64,000 bases of DNA from assembly GCA_963701965.1 (NCBI GenBank), contig OY969695.1, forward strand, positions 1,760,001 through 1,824,000, in the 5' to 3' direction. The translations under genes and the position numbers were made by a program. Below are positions 33,094 to 42,533 of this stretch, piece by piece. Under the pieces are notes generated by a model. That model searched no databases, was not told where the DNA came from, and saw only the letters and a program-made list of their open reading frames with translations. Positions within the stretch are counted from its first letter, which is position 1; each line of letters starts with the position of its first letter. The DNA comes from an uncultured Gemmatimonadales bacterium (GTDB lineage Bacteria; Gemmatimonadota; Gemmatimonadetes; Gemmatimonadales; Gemmatimonadaceae).

Positions 33094-34299
33094 TTACTTG
33101 GTCGGCCCGGAGCGAGTGCCGCCAACACGTTGTCCGGGACTGGAGTCCGCCGCGACCCAGACCACGCTGCCCCGCGCCAATTCCTCAGTCGCGGGCACCA
33201 CGAGGGCGTCGCCGTCCTGCAGCTCGCCGATCACCCGCACCGTGTCTTTGGTCGCGTCCGCGCGCTGGATCGGCACCCATTCCGCGGAGTCGCGTCGCAC
33301 CCGTATCACGAACACGCCCTGGGTCGAGGCCGAGACCGCTTTGGTCGGCACATAGAACGCCGGCGCCGCCGGACTCACGTGCAGCGTCACGTCGGCGTAC
33401 ATGCCGGGCTTTAGCATGCCGTCGGCGTTGCGCACGTCGAATTCCAAGGCCTCGGTCCGCGTCTCGGCGTCGAGGCTGTGCGCTCGACGACTGAGCGCCG
33501 CCGAGAATACCCGCCCGGGGAATGCGCGCAGCTGAAACGTCGCCACCGCCGGGCCGGCGCCAGCGGCCAGCACGGCACCCGAGTTCGACTCTGGCAGCGC
33601 CACGACGAGTCGCAGTGTGCGGTCCTCGACGATCGCGAACAGCGGTTGGCTCGCCGCCCCGGTGCCAGGACCGACAAGCGCACCAGAGTCCGCGCCGCGC
33701 TGCGTCACGACTCCGTCGAACGGGGCCGAGATCGTCAGATACCCTTCGAGCGCGCTCGCCGACGTGAGCGTCGACCGCGCTGCGTCCGCCTGCCGTTGGA
33801 CCGAGATGAGCCGCGCGCTGTCCGCGGCTGCCGAGCTGCGCGCCCGTTCGAGTTCGTTCGGTGCAACGACCCCACTCGTCTGTGCCGCTTCTCGCAAACG
33901 CCGATACGTATCGATGTCCCCATCGTATCTGGCCTGTGCCTCGCGAAGCACGGCATCGGCGGCTTCGGCTCCCGCCGTGCCCCCGGTGCGCTGAGCGACG
34001 ATCTCTGGCGCCTCGAGTCGCGCCAGTACTTGACCCTTCCGCACGACGGACCCGCGGTCGGCATAGAGCGCGCGCACGAACCCGGTCACCTTCGGGTAGA
34101 GCCGCACTTCCTGGAATGCCCGCAACTCGCCCGGCAGCGTCACCGCCCGCGCCCGTCGTTCCGACGTCAGATGGATGACATGGACAGGAATCGCGTCGCG
34201 ATGTTCCGCGGCCGCCGCGCTCTTCGGCGCGGGATTCCCGCAGGCGCCGACCAGTGCGATCACAGCCGTTGCAATGACGACCCTCCAGCGATCATGCAT
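33094..34299 (-). CDS. RND efflux periplasmic adaptor (MFP), lipoprotein
   Basis: LVGAC lipobox, KVTGFV, V.KGQVLARL, ISAPFDGVV, LKPGMYA. Confidence 0.9.
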   Translation of the reverse strand: MHDRWRVVIATAVIALVGACGNPAPKSAAAAEHRDAIPVHVIHLTSERRARAVTLPGELRAFQEVRLYPKVTGFVRALYADRGSVVRKGQVLARLEAPEIVAQRTGGTAGAEAADAVLREAQARYDGDIDTYRRLREAAQTSGVVAPNELERARSSAAADSARLISVQRQADAARSTLTSASALEGYLTISAPFDGVVTQRGADSGALVGPGTGAASQPLFAIVEDRTLRLVVALPESNSGAVLAAGAGPAVATFQLRAFPGRVFSAALSRRAHSLDAETRTEALEFDVRNADGMLKPGMYADVTLHVSPAAPAFYVPTKAVSASTQGVFVIRVRRDSAEWVPIQRADATKDTVRVIGELQDGDALVVPATEELARGSVVWVAADSSPGQRVGGTRSGPTK

Positions 34300-37200
34300 G
34301 CGCATACACCCCCGCGGGATCGTCGGGATCGAGCGATCGCGATCGCGTGCCGGCGCGGCGCTGGACGATGCCATAGAGAAGCGGAAGCGCGACGAGCGCG
34401 GTAAGGGTTGACGCGAGCAGGCCCCCGATCACGGCGATGCCGAGCGGCGCGGTCTGCGCGCCACCTTCACCCAGGCCGACCGCCATCGGTGCCATCCCCA
34501 CCACCATCGCGCACGTGGTCATGAGGATCGGACGCAACCGCAGCTCGGCCGCATGCAACCCTGACGCGCGGGCATCGCCAAAGAGTGGTCCGGCCGACGT
34601 GCGCGCCGACTCCGCGGCGGTCACCAGCAGGATCGCGTTCGCCGCGGAGACGCCGAGCGCCATGATGAGCCCCATGAACGACTGAATGTTGAGCGTGGTT
34701 CCGGTCAGGACGAGCAGGAGGAGAGCGCCGGCGGCCACCGCCGGCGCCGTCGACAGCACCGTGAGCGCGAGGCGAAACGACTGGAACGTCGCCGCTAATA
34801 GCAGCAGGATGACGAACAGCGCCAGCACCAGCCCGCCGCGGAGCTCGCCGAATATCTGTGCCATGAGATCAATCTGCCCCCGCACCGTGACCTTGGTCCC
34901 GGTCGGAAGCGGTCCGGCCGACGCGATCGCGCGAGCCACCTCGTCGCGCGCCCGGCCCAGGTCGGACCCCTGCACGTTCGCCGTCAGCGTCAGCATTCGC
35001 TGTTGGTTCAACCGATCGTACTCGCCCACGGTCGTCACTTGCGAGAGGGTGGCCAGGTCCCCCACGAAGAGCGACGCATCGCGCACGCCTTCCTTGCCCG
35101 ACGCCGTCACCGTCCGCACCGGGATCCGCTCCACCGTGCCGATACTCGACATCAGCGCTTGCGGCACTTCCACCTGTACCTGGTACGCCGTGCCCGTGGT
35201 CGAGTCCAACCAGTAGTTGGGTTCCGTGAACCGACTGGACGATGTCGACGCCACGAGTGACTGCCCCACGTCCGCCACCGAGACACCCAGCAGTCCTGCC
35301 CGCGCCCGATCGACGGTGACCGCGATCGTGGGGTAGTCCAGTGGCTGCGCGTACGCGACATCCCGGAGATCCGAGATCGGCACGAGCGCTTGACGCAGCT
35401 TCTCGCCGTAGCGCCGACTCTGGCCGAGATCGCGCCCGGTGATGATCACCTCGACTGGGGTCGTAGCCCCCTCGCTCATGACCTGATCCACCAAATCGGC
35501 CGGCTCGAATGACAGGGTGAGATCGGGCATCCGCCGCGCAAACGCAGTGCGCAGCCGCTCGCGCAGTGCCGCCAGCGACACGTGGGCGTTCGGGGCCATC
35601 CGGACGAGCAGCACCGCCTCGTGTGGCCCGCTCGTCCACAGGTACACGGTGTTGATCGGATAGCTCGGCGGCTGGGTCCCCACGAACGCGGACGTGATCG
35701 CGATATTCCGGCGGCCGGCCGTTGCGTCGATCAACGTCAGCGCCGCCCGCACGCGCTCTTCCATGCGCTCGAGCCGGGTGCCCGTAGGCGCGCGGAGCCG
35801 CACCTGAAACTGCCCCGAATCAACCGGCGGGAGGATCGCCGAGCCGATAAACCGCGAGGTGACTGCGACAATGACCGCGGCCGCGACCGCGTACCCGACG
35901 AGCACTGTGCCGCGCCGGTCGGCGAGACGCGCCAGCCGTCCCCGGAACCATTCCTGGCCCTGCGCGAACCGCCGGCCGAACCATCCCGGGGGCGCCGGCT
36001 CGTGACGCAAAAGCCAGTTGGCGAACACCGGCACCACCGTTTGTGATAACAGGTAGGAGGCGATCATCGCGAATCCCACGGACAGGGACAGCGGCAGGAA
36101 CATCGCGCGTGGTGTGCCGGTCATGAACAGCGCCGGCGCAAACACCGCCAGAAGACTCAACAGGATCAGGAGCTTGGGGCGAACGATCTCGCGACAAGCG
36201 TCGTAGACCGCGCGACCCACCGGCTGGCCCGCCTCTTGGTGTCGGTGGATGTTCTCGATCGTTACCGTCGCCTCGTCGACGAGGATGCCGACCGCAAGCG
36301 CGAGCCCGCTCAGCGTCATGACGTTGATCGTCTGGCCCGCCAGCGACAGGCCCACCGCCGCGGCGAGGAGCGCCACCGGAATCGTGAATACGACGATGAG
36401 CGCACTTCGGCGGTCGCCAAGGAACAATAGCACGACGAGACCGGTCAGCACGGCGCCGAGCGCGCCTTCGGTGACGAGGTTCCGCAGGGCGTTGACGACA
36501 TACGCCGACTGATCGAACTCGAACGATACGTGAATGTCGCCCGGCAACGCCGCCTGCATCGATGGCAGTGCGGCCTTGAGCTCGTGCACGACATCCCACG
36601 TCGAGGCGTCGGCCCGTTTCGTGACGGGGATATAGACGGAGCGCTTGCCGTTGATGAGCGCGTAACCGGTTGGCACATCGGTCCCGTTTTCGACCGTGGC
36701 CACGTCGCCCACGTAGACGGCTGCCGTTCCGCCACCTCCGGTAACGCGCAGCGGCAGCTTGGCGAGCTCGCCAATGTCCGAGACGACCGCGTTCGACGTC
36801 GTGAGCATCGTCAGGCTGTCGTCGCGCACGTTGCCCGCCGGGGTGATCGTATTCCCCCGGGCGACGGCCTGGACGACGGCCTCCGGGGTCAGCCCATAGC
36901 TGCGGAGCCGGCTCGGATCGACGCGAACCAGGACCGTGCGCTGATTGCCGCCAAAGGGCGGTGGGGCCGACACACCGGGCAACGCCGCGAACATCGGACG
37001 GACGCGGAACAGCGCCAGATCCTGGATCTCACCCAGCGGCCGCGCTGGGCTCTGGAACACGAGTTGGCCGACCGGCGCGCTCCCGGCGTCGTAGCGGATG
37101 ATGAACGGTGGCACCGTACCAGGCGGCATGAACGCACGCGCGCGGTTGACGTACCCGACGACTTCCGCCATCGCCTGGTCCATGTTCGTGCCATCATGAA

Positions 37201-37477
37201 ACTGGAGCTTGATCAGCGTCACGCCCTGAATCGACTTCGACTCGACGAACTTGACGCCGGTCACGTACAGAAAGTGATACTCATAGTACGAGGTGACGTA
37301 CCCTTCCATCTGCGCCGGTGACAGTCCGCCGTAGGGCTGCGCGACATACACGGTCGGCGTCGCCAGCTTGGGCAGAATGTCGATCGGCAGACGGCGGATG
37401 GACAGCACGCCGAACGCGACAGCCGCAATGACAGCGACGGGCACGGTGATGGGATAGCGAAGCGCAGCCCGGATCAT
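34292..37477 (-). CDS. RND efflux permease (AcrB/CusA superfamily)
   Basis: ~1060 aa from ATG 37477; GLALAVGILVDEATV.IENIH, RLRPILMT, APLGIAVIGGL. Confidence 0.93.
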   Translation of the reverse strand: MIRAALRYPITVPVAVIAAVAFGVLSIRRLPIDILPKLATPTVYVAQPYGGLSPAQMEGYVTSYYEYHFLYVTGVKFVESKSIQGVTLIKLQFHDGTNMDQAMAEVVGYVNRARAFMPPGTVPPFIIRYDAGSAPVGQLVFQSPARPLGEIQDLALFRVRPMFAALPGVSAPPPFGGNQRTVLVRVDPSRLRSYGLTPEAVVQAVARGNTITPAGNVRDDSLTMLTTSNAVVSDIGELAKLPLRVTGGGGTAAVYVGDVATVENGTDVPTGYALINGKRSVYIPVTKRADASTWDVVHELKAALPSMQAALPGDIHVSFEFDQSAYVVNALRNLVTEGALGAVLTGLVVLLFLGDRRSALIVVFTIPVALLAAAVGLSLAGQTINVMTLSGLALAVGILVDEATVTIENIHRHQEAGQPVGRAVYDACREIVRPKLLILLSLLAVFAPALFMTGTPRAMFLPLSLSVGFAMIASYLLSQTVVPVFANWLLRHEPAPPGWFGRRFAQGQEWFRGRLARLADRRGTVLVGYAVAAAVIVAVTSRFIGSAILPPVDSGQFQVRLRAPTGTRLERMEERVRAALTLIDATAGRRNIAITSAFVGTQPPSYPINTVYLWTSGPHEAVLLVRMAPNAHVSLAALRERLRTAFARRMPDLTLSFEPADLVDQVMSEGATTPVEVIITGRDLGQSRRYGEKLRQALVPISDLRDVAYAQPLDYPTIAVTVDRARAGLLGVSVADVGQSLVASTSSSRFTEPNYWLDSTTGTAYQVQVEVPQALMSSIGTVERIPVRTVTASGKEGVRDASLFVGDLATLSQVTTVGEYDRLNQQRMLTLTANVQGSDLGRARDEVARAIASAGPLPTGTKVTVRGQIDLMAQIFGELRGGLVLALFVILLLLAATFQSFRLALTVLSTAPAVAAGALLLLVLTGTTLNIQSFMGLIMALGVSAANAILLVTAAESARTSAGPLFGDARASGLHAAELRLRPILMTTCAMVVGMAPMAVGLGEGGAQTAPLGIAVIGGLLASTLTALVALPLLYGIVQRRAGTRSRSLDPDDPAGVYAHA

Positions 37478-38865
37478 CGGAGGAGCGCCAGAAACGGCGT
37501 GAGGTCGCCGTTCGCGCCGGCGACGGCGAGCCGCGCGCGCCAGGCACCGAGTCGCGCCAGGATCTCGTCGGTGTCCGCGCGGGTGAGCGCGAGTTGCGCC
37601 TGCGCGACGTCGGCCAACGTCGCCAAACCCGCCGCATAGCGGACGTTCATCTGTTGCGCCGCGCCCGCGGCCGCGGCGCGCTGCACCGGCGCTTCGGCGG
37701 CTTGGCTCAGCGCCAGCGTGAAGTCCGCAACGGCCACATCTCGCTGGGCGGCCAGGTGCTGAAGCTCGCCGTCGTATTCGGCGGCCGCGGAACGCTCCTG
37801 GGCCGCCGCCTCGCCGATGCGCGGTCCTGCCGAGACGAGATTCCACACCGGCAGGCCGACCGAGACGCCGACGGCATAGTTGACGCGCGTGAGACTGAGC
37901 CCCGAGAAACTCGGATCGAATCGCCCGTCCGGCGTGGCGCCCGACCCCCGGCCGAACGCGGCGCCCAGGACGCTCAGGGTCGGAAAGAGCGAGCGCGTGA
38001 TCGCCGCCCGACGCGACGCGTCGGTCTCAACGCGGGCCCGGAACGGCGTCGACAGGGGATGCGCCTGGAGGTCGGACGCCTCCGGCAGGATCGAGTCTGG
38101 TAGCTGACCCACGAATGGCGCGCTCTCAAGACCCGCCGCGAGGGTGCGCTGTCCTGGCGCGCCACCGATCGCCTCAGCCAAGAACCGTCGCGCGGCAACC
38201 ACGTCCCGTTCCGCCGCGAGGAGCGTCAGTCTCGCGTGCGAGGCGTCCGCTTCCGCCAACAAACTATCGGCCCCGGCCCGGAGTCCGCTGCGCGCCAACG
38301 CCTCGACGGACCGGACCACGGCGGTCGCCCGATCCAGGTTGCCCTGCTGCACGCGCACCAATGCCTCCGCCGCCAACGCCGTCAGATACGCGCTGCCGAC
38401 GTCGATCTGATGTTGAAACCGCTGTCCGCTTGCGACGCCCGACGCGCGCGTCAACTCGGCGTGTGCCTCGTGCACTTCGGCTTCACGCCGGCCGAACGTG
38501 AACGGGGTCCATGTGACCGCTGCACCGACGGCACTGCCGTAGACCGAGTTGTTGACGTTGTCCGGCCGCACGGCCCCCGTGATCGGCTGGATCACGCTCT
38601 GACTGAAGAAGAGCCCGGTCGTGTTGTTATCGGTCGCGCGCGAGACCTGTCCACCCAGGTCGATCAATGGCAGGTACGTCTCCCTGGTCCGGGTCAGGGC
38701 CGCGGCGGCCGCGCGCGCGTCCTCGTCCCGCGCCCGTAGGGCGGGAAAGTTCGTGTCGGCCAATCGCATCGCCTCGAACAGCGTGAGGACGCTGTCCTGC
38801 GCGCGCGCCACGCTCCCGGCCAACAATGCGACCGCCACGACGCGGTAAATCCAACCGTGCAGCAC
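37474..38865 (-). CDS. TolC family outer-membrane efflux protein
   Basis: Signal peptide, YLP, Ala-rich helices, RY.AGL; ATGA overlap with RND gene. Confidence 0.85.
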   Translation of the reverse strand: MLHGWIYRVVAVALLAGSVARAQDSVLTLFEAMRLADTNFPALRARDEDARAAAAALTRTRETYLPLIDLGGQVSRATDNNTTGLFFSQSVIQPITGAVRPDNVNNSVYGSAVGAAVTWTPFTFGRREAEVHEAHAELTRASGVASGQRFQHQIDVGSAYLTALAAEALVRVQQGNLDRATAVVRSVEALARSGLRAGADSLLAEADASHARLTLLAAERDVVAARRFLAEAIGGAPGQRTLAAGLESAPFVGQLPDSILPEASDLQAHPLSTPFRARVETDASRRAAITRSLFPTLSVLGAAFGRGSGATPDGRFDPSFSGLSLTRVNYAVGVSVGLPVWNLVSAGPRIGEAAAQERSAAAEYDGELQHLAAQRDVAVADFTLALSQAAEAPVQRAAAAGAAQQMNVRYAAGLATLADVAQAQLALTRADTDEILARLGAWRARLAVAGANGDLTPFLALLR

Positions 38866-38877
38866 AGCAACACCTCG

Positions 38878-39927
38878 TCAGCGAGCGCCGGCCGGTGGGT
38901 CGCCCGCCATGATACGGAGCAACGGCTTGCCGTCCACATTTTCGAGCGGGAAGTACACGAGGTGGGTTCGTGGATCTGCAGATACCGTGTGCGCGTGTGG
39001 CATGGACACGTCGCCATCGTGATGCAACGTGACGCCGCCGGCCGTGACGTGCTCCGTGAAGACGGATACAGTCCCGGACTCGGCGGAGACGTAGAGGCGT
39101 CCCCACGCGGGATCGAACGCTAGCACGTCTGGATCCCGTCCGACCGCGAACGTCGCCAGGACCCGCATCGTCGTCAGATCGACGACCCCGAGCTTCGCGT
39201 TCTCTTGCCCAGCCACGAACGCGAGCTTGTGCGCCGGGTCGAGCGCGATGCCATGCGGCTCCTCGATCCCGGCAAGCGTGTACCGCGCCGTGATCGCAGC
39301 CGTTGCCGGATCCAGGGATACCATCTCGTTCGATTCGTGGACGGCGACAAGGATGCGCTTCGCCGTCGGATCGTAGACGGTGTTGCCCGCTGCACCGCCG
39401 AGCGGCACCGACTTGACGAACGCATTCGTCGCCGCATCAATGACGCCGTCCGCCTTCCCGTGTTCATCCGACACGAACACGCGGTTCGCATCGGGCGCAT
39501 AGGCGATGCCGTCGGGATACTCAACGCCTGGGACACGCGCCAGGACGGCCAGCGTCTTCGCATCGACGACGGTCACCTGATGCCGACCCGTGACGGACGC
39601 GTAGACGCGCCCGAGTTGCGGCACCGCCCACACGCCATGCACCCGGTCGAACCCGTCGAGGTTGGCGATGACCTTGCGCGCGGCTATGTCGAACACGACG
39701 AGCTGGTTCGCGTTCATGTGCGCGATGTACAGGCGGTTGCTGCCGGTATCGAGACTTTGGTAGTCGAACCGCACGGCCGGCCCGGGCATCGGGATATCCG
39801 CGACCGTCCGGAGCAGTGCCGGAGCGCGGTCGCCCCCGAACCTGGCGCCGGCGGCGAGAACACCGAGAACGGCGACGGGGACCAGGCCGGCGATCCGTCG
39901 CCATTTCAGCGCGTCATTCAGGGACAT
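38878..39927 (-). CDS. YncE-like beta-propeller protein
   Basis: RFDY, RLYIAH, VHGV, YPDGIAY, PHG.ALD, DPDVLAFD repeats. Confidence 0.85.
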   Translation of the reverse strand: MSLNDALKWRRIAGLVPVAVLGVLAAGARFGGDRAPALLRTVADIPMPGPAVRFDYQSLDTGSNRLYIAHMNANQLVVFDIAARKVIANLDGFDRVHGVWAVPQLGRVYASVTGRHQVTVVDAKTLAVLARVPGVEYPDGIAYAPDANRVFVSDEHGKADGVIDAATNAFVKSVPLGGAAGNTVYDPTAKRILVAVHESNEMVSLDPATAAITARYTLAGIEEPHGIALDPAHKLAFVAGQENAKLGVVDLTTMRVLATFAVGRDPDVLAFDPAWGRLYVSAESGTVSVFTEHVTAGGVTLHHDGDVSMPHAHTVSADPRTHLVYFPLENVDGKPLLRIMAGDPPAGAR

Positions 39928-39966
39928 GCGTGTCGTTCCTCGATAAGTGAGACCGTTCTGCACCGG

Positions 39967-40407
39967 TCAGTCATGCGTCGGACGCCGCTTGAGTGCGGCA
40001 TACAGCGCGTCATACAGAAACGCCGCCCGGTCGATTGTCTCCCGATCGTCGTGCGCGACCAACGGGAACCCTTCGGAGATTTGTCGTAGCCCGGCCGACT
40101 CCGGCGTTACACCAATGGCGTCGGCGAAGTCCGCTCCGTGAACAATCCGCGCCATGGCGGCCAGCGCGGGGTCGTGTGGCCGGTACGTTGCGACCATCGC
40201 CTCGAACGAGCACCGCCCGAGCGCATCGCGATGCGGATAGCGCGCGCCGGGCGCATCGAACCCCACAGCGCCCGTCATGCGCTCGATCCCAGCCACATCG
40301 TCGGGTTCCGCGAACAGGAAGTGCGGCCGCGGATCGACGAACCGTTGGATGAACCACGCGGTTGCCGTCCGATTCACGCGCACGGTACGGCGCGTCACCC
40401 ATTGCAT
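39967..40407 (-). CDS. Stand-alone ChrB C-terminal domain protein (ChrF-like)
   Basis: MQWVTR...VNR.ATAW.I.RFVDP, FD, H....RCSFE, IVHGAD, YDALY. Confidence 0.85.
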   Translation of the reverse strand: MQWVTRRTVRVNRTATAWFIQRFVDPRPHFLFAEPDDVAGIERMTGAVGFDAPGARYPHRDALGRCSFEAMVATYRPHDPALAAMARIVHGADFADAIGVTPESAGLRQISEGFPLVAHDDRETIDRAAFLYDALYAALKRRPTHD

Positions 40408-40417
40408 CGGTCCACCT

Positions 40418-41488
40418 TCACCGCGGCCGCCGGCGTCCCGTGGCGTCCACGGCTTTCGTCGGCGCCGCCGAGCGCCGCGCCCGCGGCCGATCGGACGCCG
40501 AGCGAAACGCCACGTAGAGTGCGTGGAACAGCGCCGCGCCGCGATCGAGACGCTCCACGTCGGTTGTACTCGCTGCCGCAACGCCGGCGAGCATCCGCTC
40601 GACCCCCGCCGCTTCGGCGCGAGCGAACTTTTTGTCCTTCACATCAATGTCGTGGACGATCTCGCCGACCGCCCGCAGTGCCGGATCCGCCTCGAGCCCA
40701 AACCGCGCAAGGAGCGTCTCGAACGTGCACCGGTCTCCTTCGTGCGTGAACTCCGCCTCGAACATATCGAACCGCAGCTCGCGGCCGGCCGGCACATACC
40801 CTTCGACCGCGACGAATTTGAACCGGGCGTCCGGATCGATGAACTGTCGGACCAGCCACGCGCTCGCGATCCGATCGACGAAGATCCCCTCGCGCGTCAC
40901 CCACGTCCGCCCGCGCACGTCGTGCGGATCGATCGGCGCACCAGGCAAGGCGCGGGGCGCGGCCGGCCCCTCGTCCTGCGCAGCCGCGGCCCGCAACCGC
41001 ACCTCGAGTAGCCCGATCGCTTCCTGCGCCGTCGCTCGGCTCGGCGCCTGGAAGAAATCGAGCGCCGCCACGTCGCTCATTCGCCGGTGGAGGCGCGCCA
41101 GCTCCGCGCGCGCCTGGGCTCGGCGCTCCGGGTCGACGGGCCTCTTGCCCGCGAGCGCTTTGAGCGCAACGCGAGCGTCCACGGCAATCGCGTCATAGTC
41201 CGCCGACCGTACCACCCGGAAGAGTTCCTGCACATCCGCATCGCTGAGCCCTTCAATGAACGAGGCGCGACACACTGACCCTTCCCCGCCCTCGGCGACG
41301 ATCTCACGCAACACCCACTGGAAGTCCTCGATCGTCGCGTCGCTGGCCGGCAGCACGTAGACCGAGTTCTTGATCGCCACCGCCCCGATCCGTTGGAGGC
41401 GGCGACTGATCTTGACCCGCAGATAGTCGGGCTTCGGTGGGATCTGATGGATGAGCAGCACCCACCGTCCCGGGGGGCTTGCGGTCAT
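40418..41488 (-). CDS. chrB: Chromate-responsive regulator ChrB
   Basis: WVLLIHQIPPKPDYLRVK..RRLQRIGAVAIKNSVY; WVTR....VDRIASAW..FID; FTHEGDRCTFE. Confidence 0.9.
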   Translation of the reverse strand: MTASPPGRWVLLIHQIPPKPDYLRVKISRRLQRIGAVAIKNSVYVLPASDATIEDFQWVLREIVAEGGEGSVCRASFIEGLSDADVQELFRVVRSADYDAIAVDARVALKALAGKRPVDPERRAQARAELARLHRRMSDVAALDFFQAPSRATAQEAIGLLEVRLRAAAAQDEGPAAPRALPGAPIDPHDVRGRTWVTREGIFVDRIASAWLVRQFIDPDARFKFVAVEGYVPAGRELRFDMFEAEFTHEGDRCTFETLLARFGLEADPALRAVGEIVHDIDVKDKKFARAEAAGVERMLAGVAAASTTDVERLDRGAALFHALYVAFRSASDRPRARRSAAPTKAVDATGRRRPR

Positions 41489-41505
41489 TCGGCTCCGTGG
41501 TTTCC

Positions 41506-41541
41506 TTGCCTATAGCGCATGAATCGTATTGCCTATAGCAA
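41506..41541. promoter_or_regulatory. Candidate ChrB operator
   Basis: TTGCCTATAGC twice (41506-41516, 41529-41539) in the divergent intergenic region; second copy is near-palindromic TTGCCTATAGCAA. Confidence 0.5.
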
Positions 41542-41580
41542 CTGTATCATATCGCCCATCGTCAATCAAGGGGAGTAACC

Positions 41581-42486
41581 ATGCACCGACTGGTCGCCGT
41601 AATGGTCCCGGTGATTTTTAGCCTCGCCTTCGCGACGCCCGGGGTGCGCACAACTGCGCCCATCGATTGGACGCAGGTCGATCGCGCCATGGGCAAGACG
41701 GGCGCAATACAACCGGGGGACGTCTACAAGTTCGCGTTCCCGCGCAGCGATCTCGCCGTCACTTTGGGCGGCGTGCCGATCAAGCCCGCGCTCGCTCTCG
41801 GCGGTTGGATCGCCTTCAGGCAGACCGGCGACAACGAGGCGATGGCCATGGGCGACCTCGTACTGCGCGAAGACGAAGTCGCGCCTGTTATTGCGAAGCT
41901 GCGTGAGGGCAATGTCGAACAGACAGCCCTCCACAACCACCTGCTGCGCGAGTCACCGCAGGTCATGTACCTCCACGTCCAAGCCCACGGCAGTCCCACG
42001 ACTATAGCCACTGCCATTCACGCCGCACTCGCGCTAACAAAGACGCCTTTCGCTGCGCCCGCAAGCCCGCCGGCGACGGCGCCGACCGGCGCCCCAACGC
42101 TCGACACCGCGGCCATCGCCGCCGCGCTGGGTCGCACCGGGAAGCTGAACGGCACCGTGTACCAGCTCAGCGTGCCCCGCGCCGAGACGATCCGCGACGA
42201 AGGCATGGACGTCCCACCCGCAATGGGTGTCGCCACCGGGATCAACATCCAGCCGACGGGCGAAGGCAAAGCCGCCACCACAGGCGATTTCGTGCTCATC
42301 GCCTCCGAGGTGAACCCAGTGATCCAGGCGTTGACGCAGAATGGCATCGCCGTGACAGCCGTCCACAGCCACATGCTCACCGAGGAGCCACGGCTCTTCT
42401 TCCTCCATTTCTGGGCGAACGAAGACATTCCGGCGCTCACCCGCGGACTCCGCGCGGCACTCGACAAGACGAACAGCCGTCACTAG
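41581..42486 (+). CDS. DUF1259 (LppY/LpqO-like) secreted protein, two repeats
   Basis: MGDLVL..E..PV...ALHNHLL..P...YLH and GDFVL..EV.PV...AVHSHML.EEP.LFFLHFW. Confidence 0.88.
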   Translation: MHRLVAVMVPVIFSLAFATPGVRTTAPIDWTQVDRAMGKTGAIQPGDVYKFAFPRSDLAVTLGGVPIKPALALGGWIAFRQTGDNEAMAMGDLVLREDEVAPVIAKLREGNVEQTALHNHLLRESPQVMYLHVQAHGSPTTIATAIHAALALTKTPFAAPASPPATAPTGAPTLDTAAIAAALGRTGKLNGTVYQLSVPRAETIRDEGMDVPPAMGVATGINIQPTGEGKAATTGDFVLIASEVNPVIQALTQNGIAVTAVHSHMLTEEPRLFFLHFWANEDIPALTRGLRAALDKTNSRH

Positions 42487-42533
42487 CCTCTCCCCAATGG
42501 GAGGACGCCATTCAGCATCGCGGTGCTTTGTAG

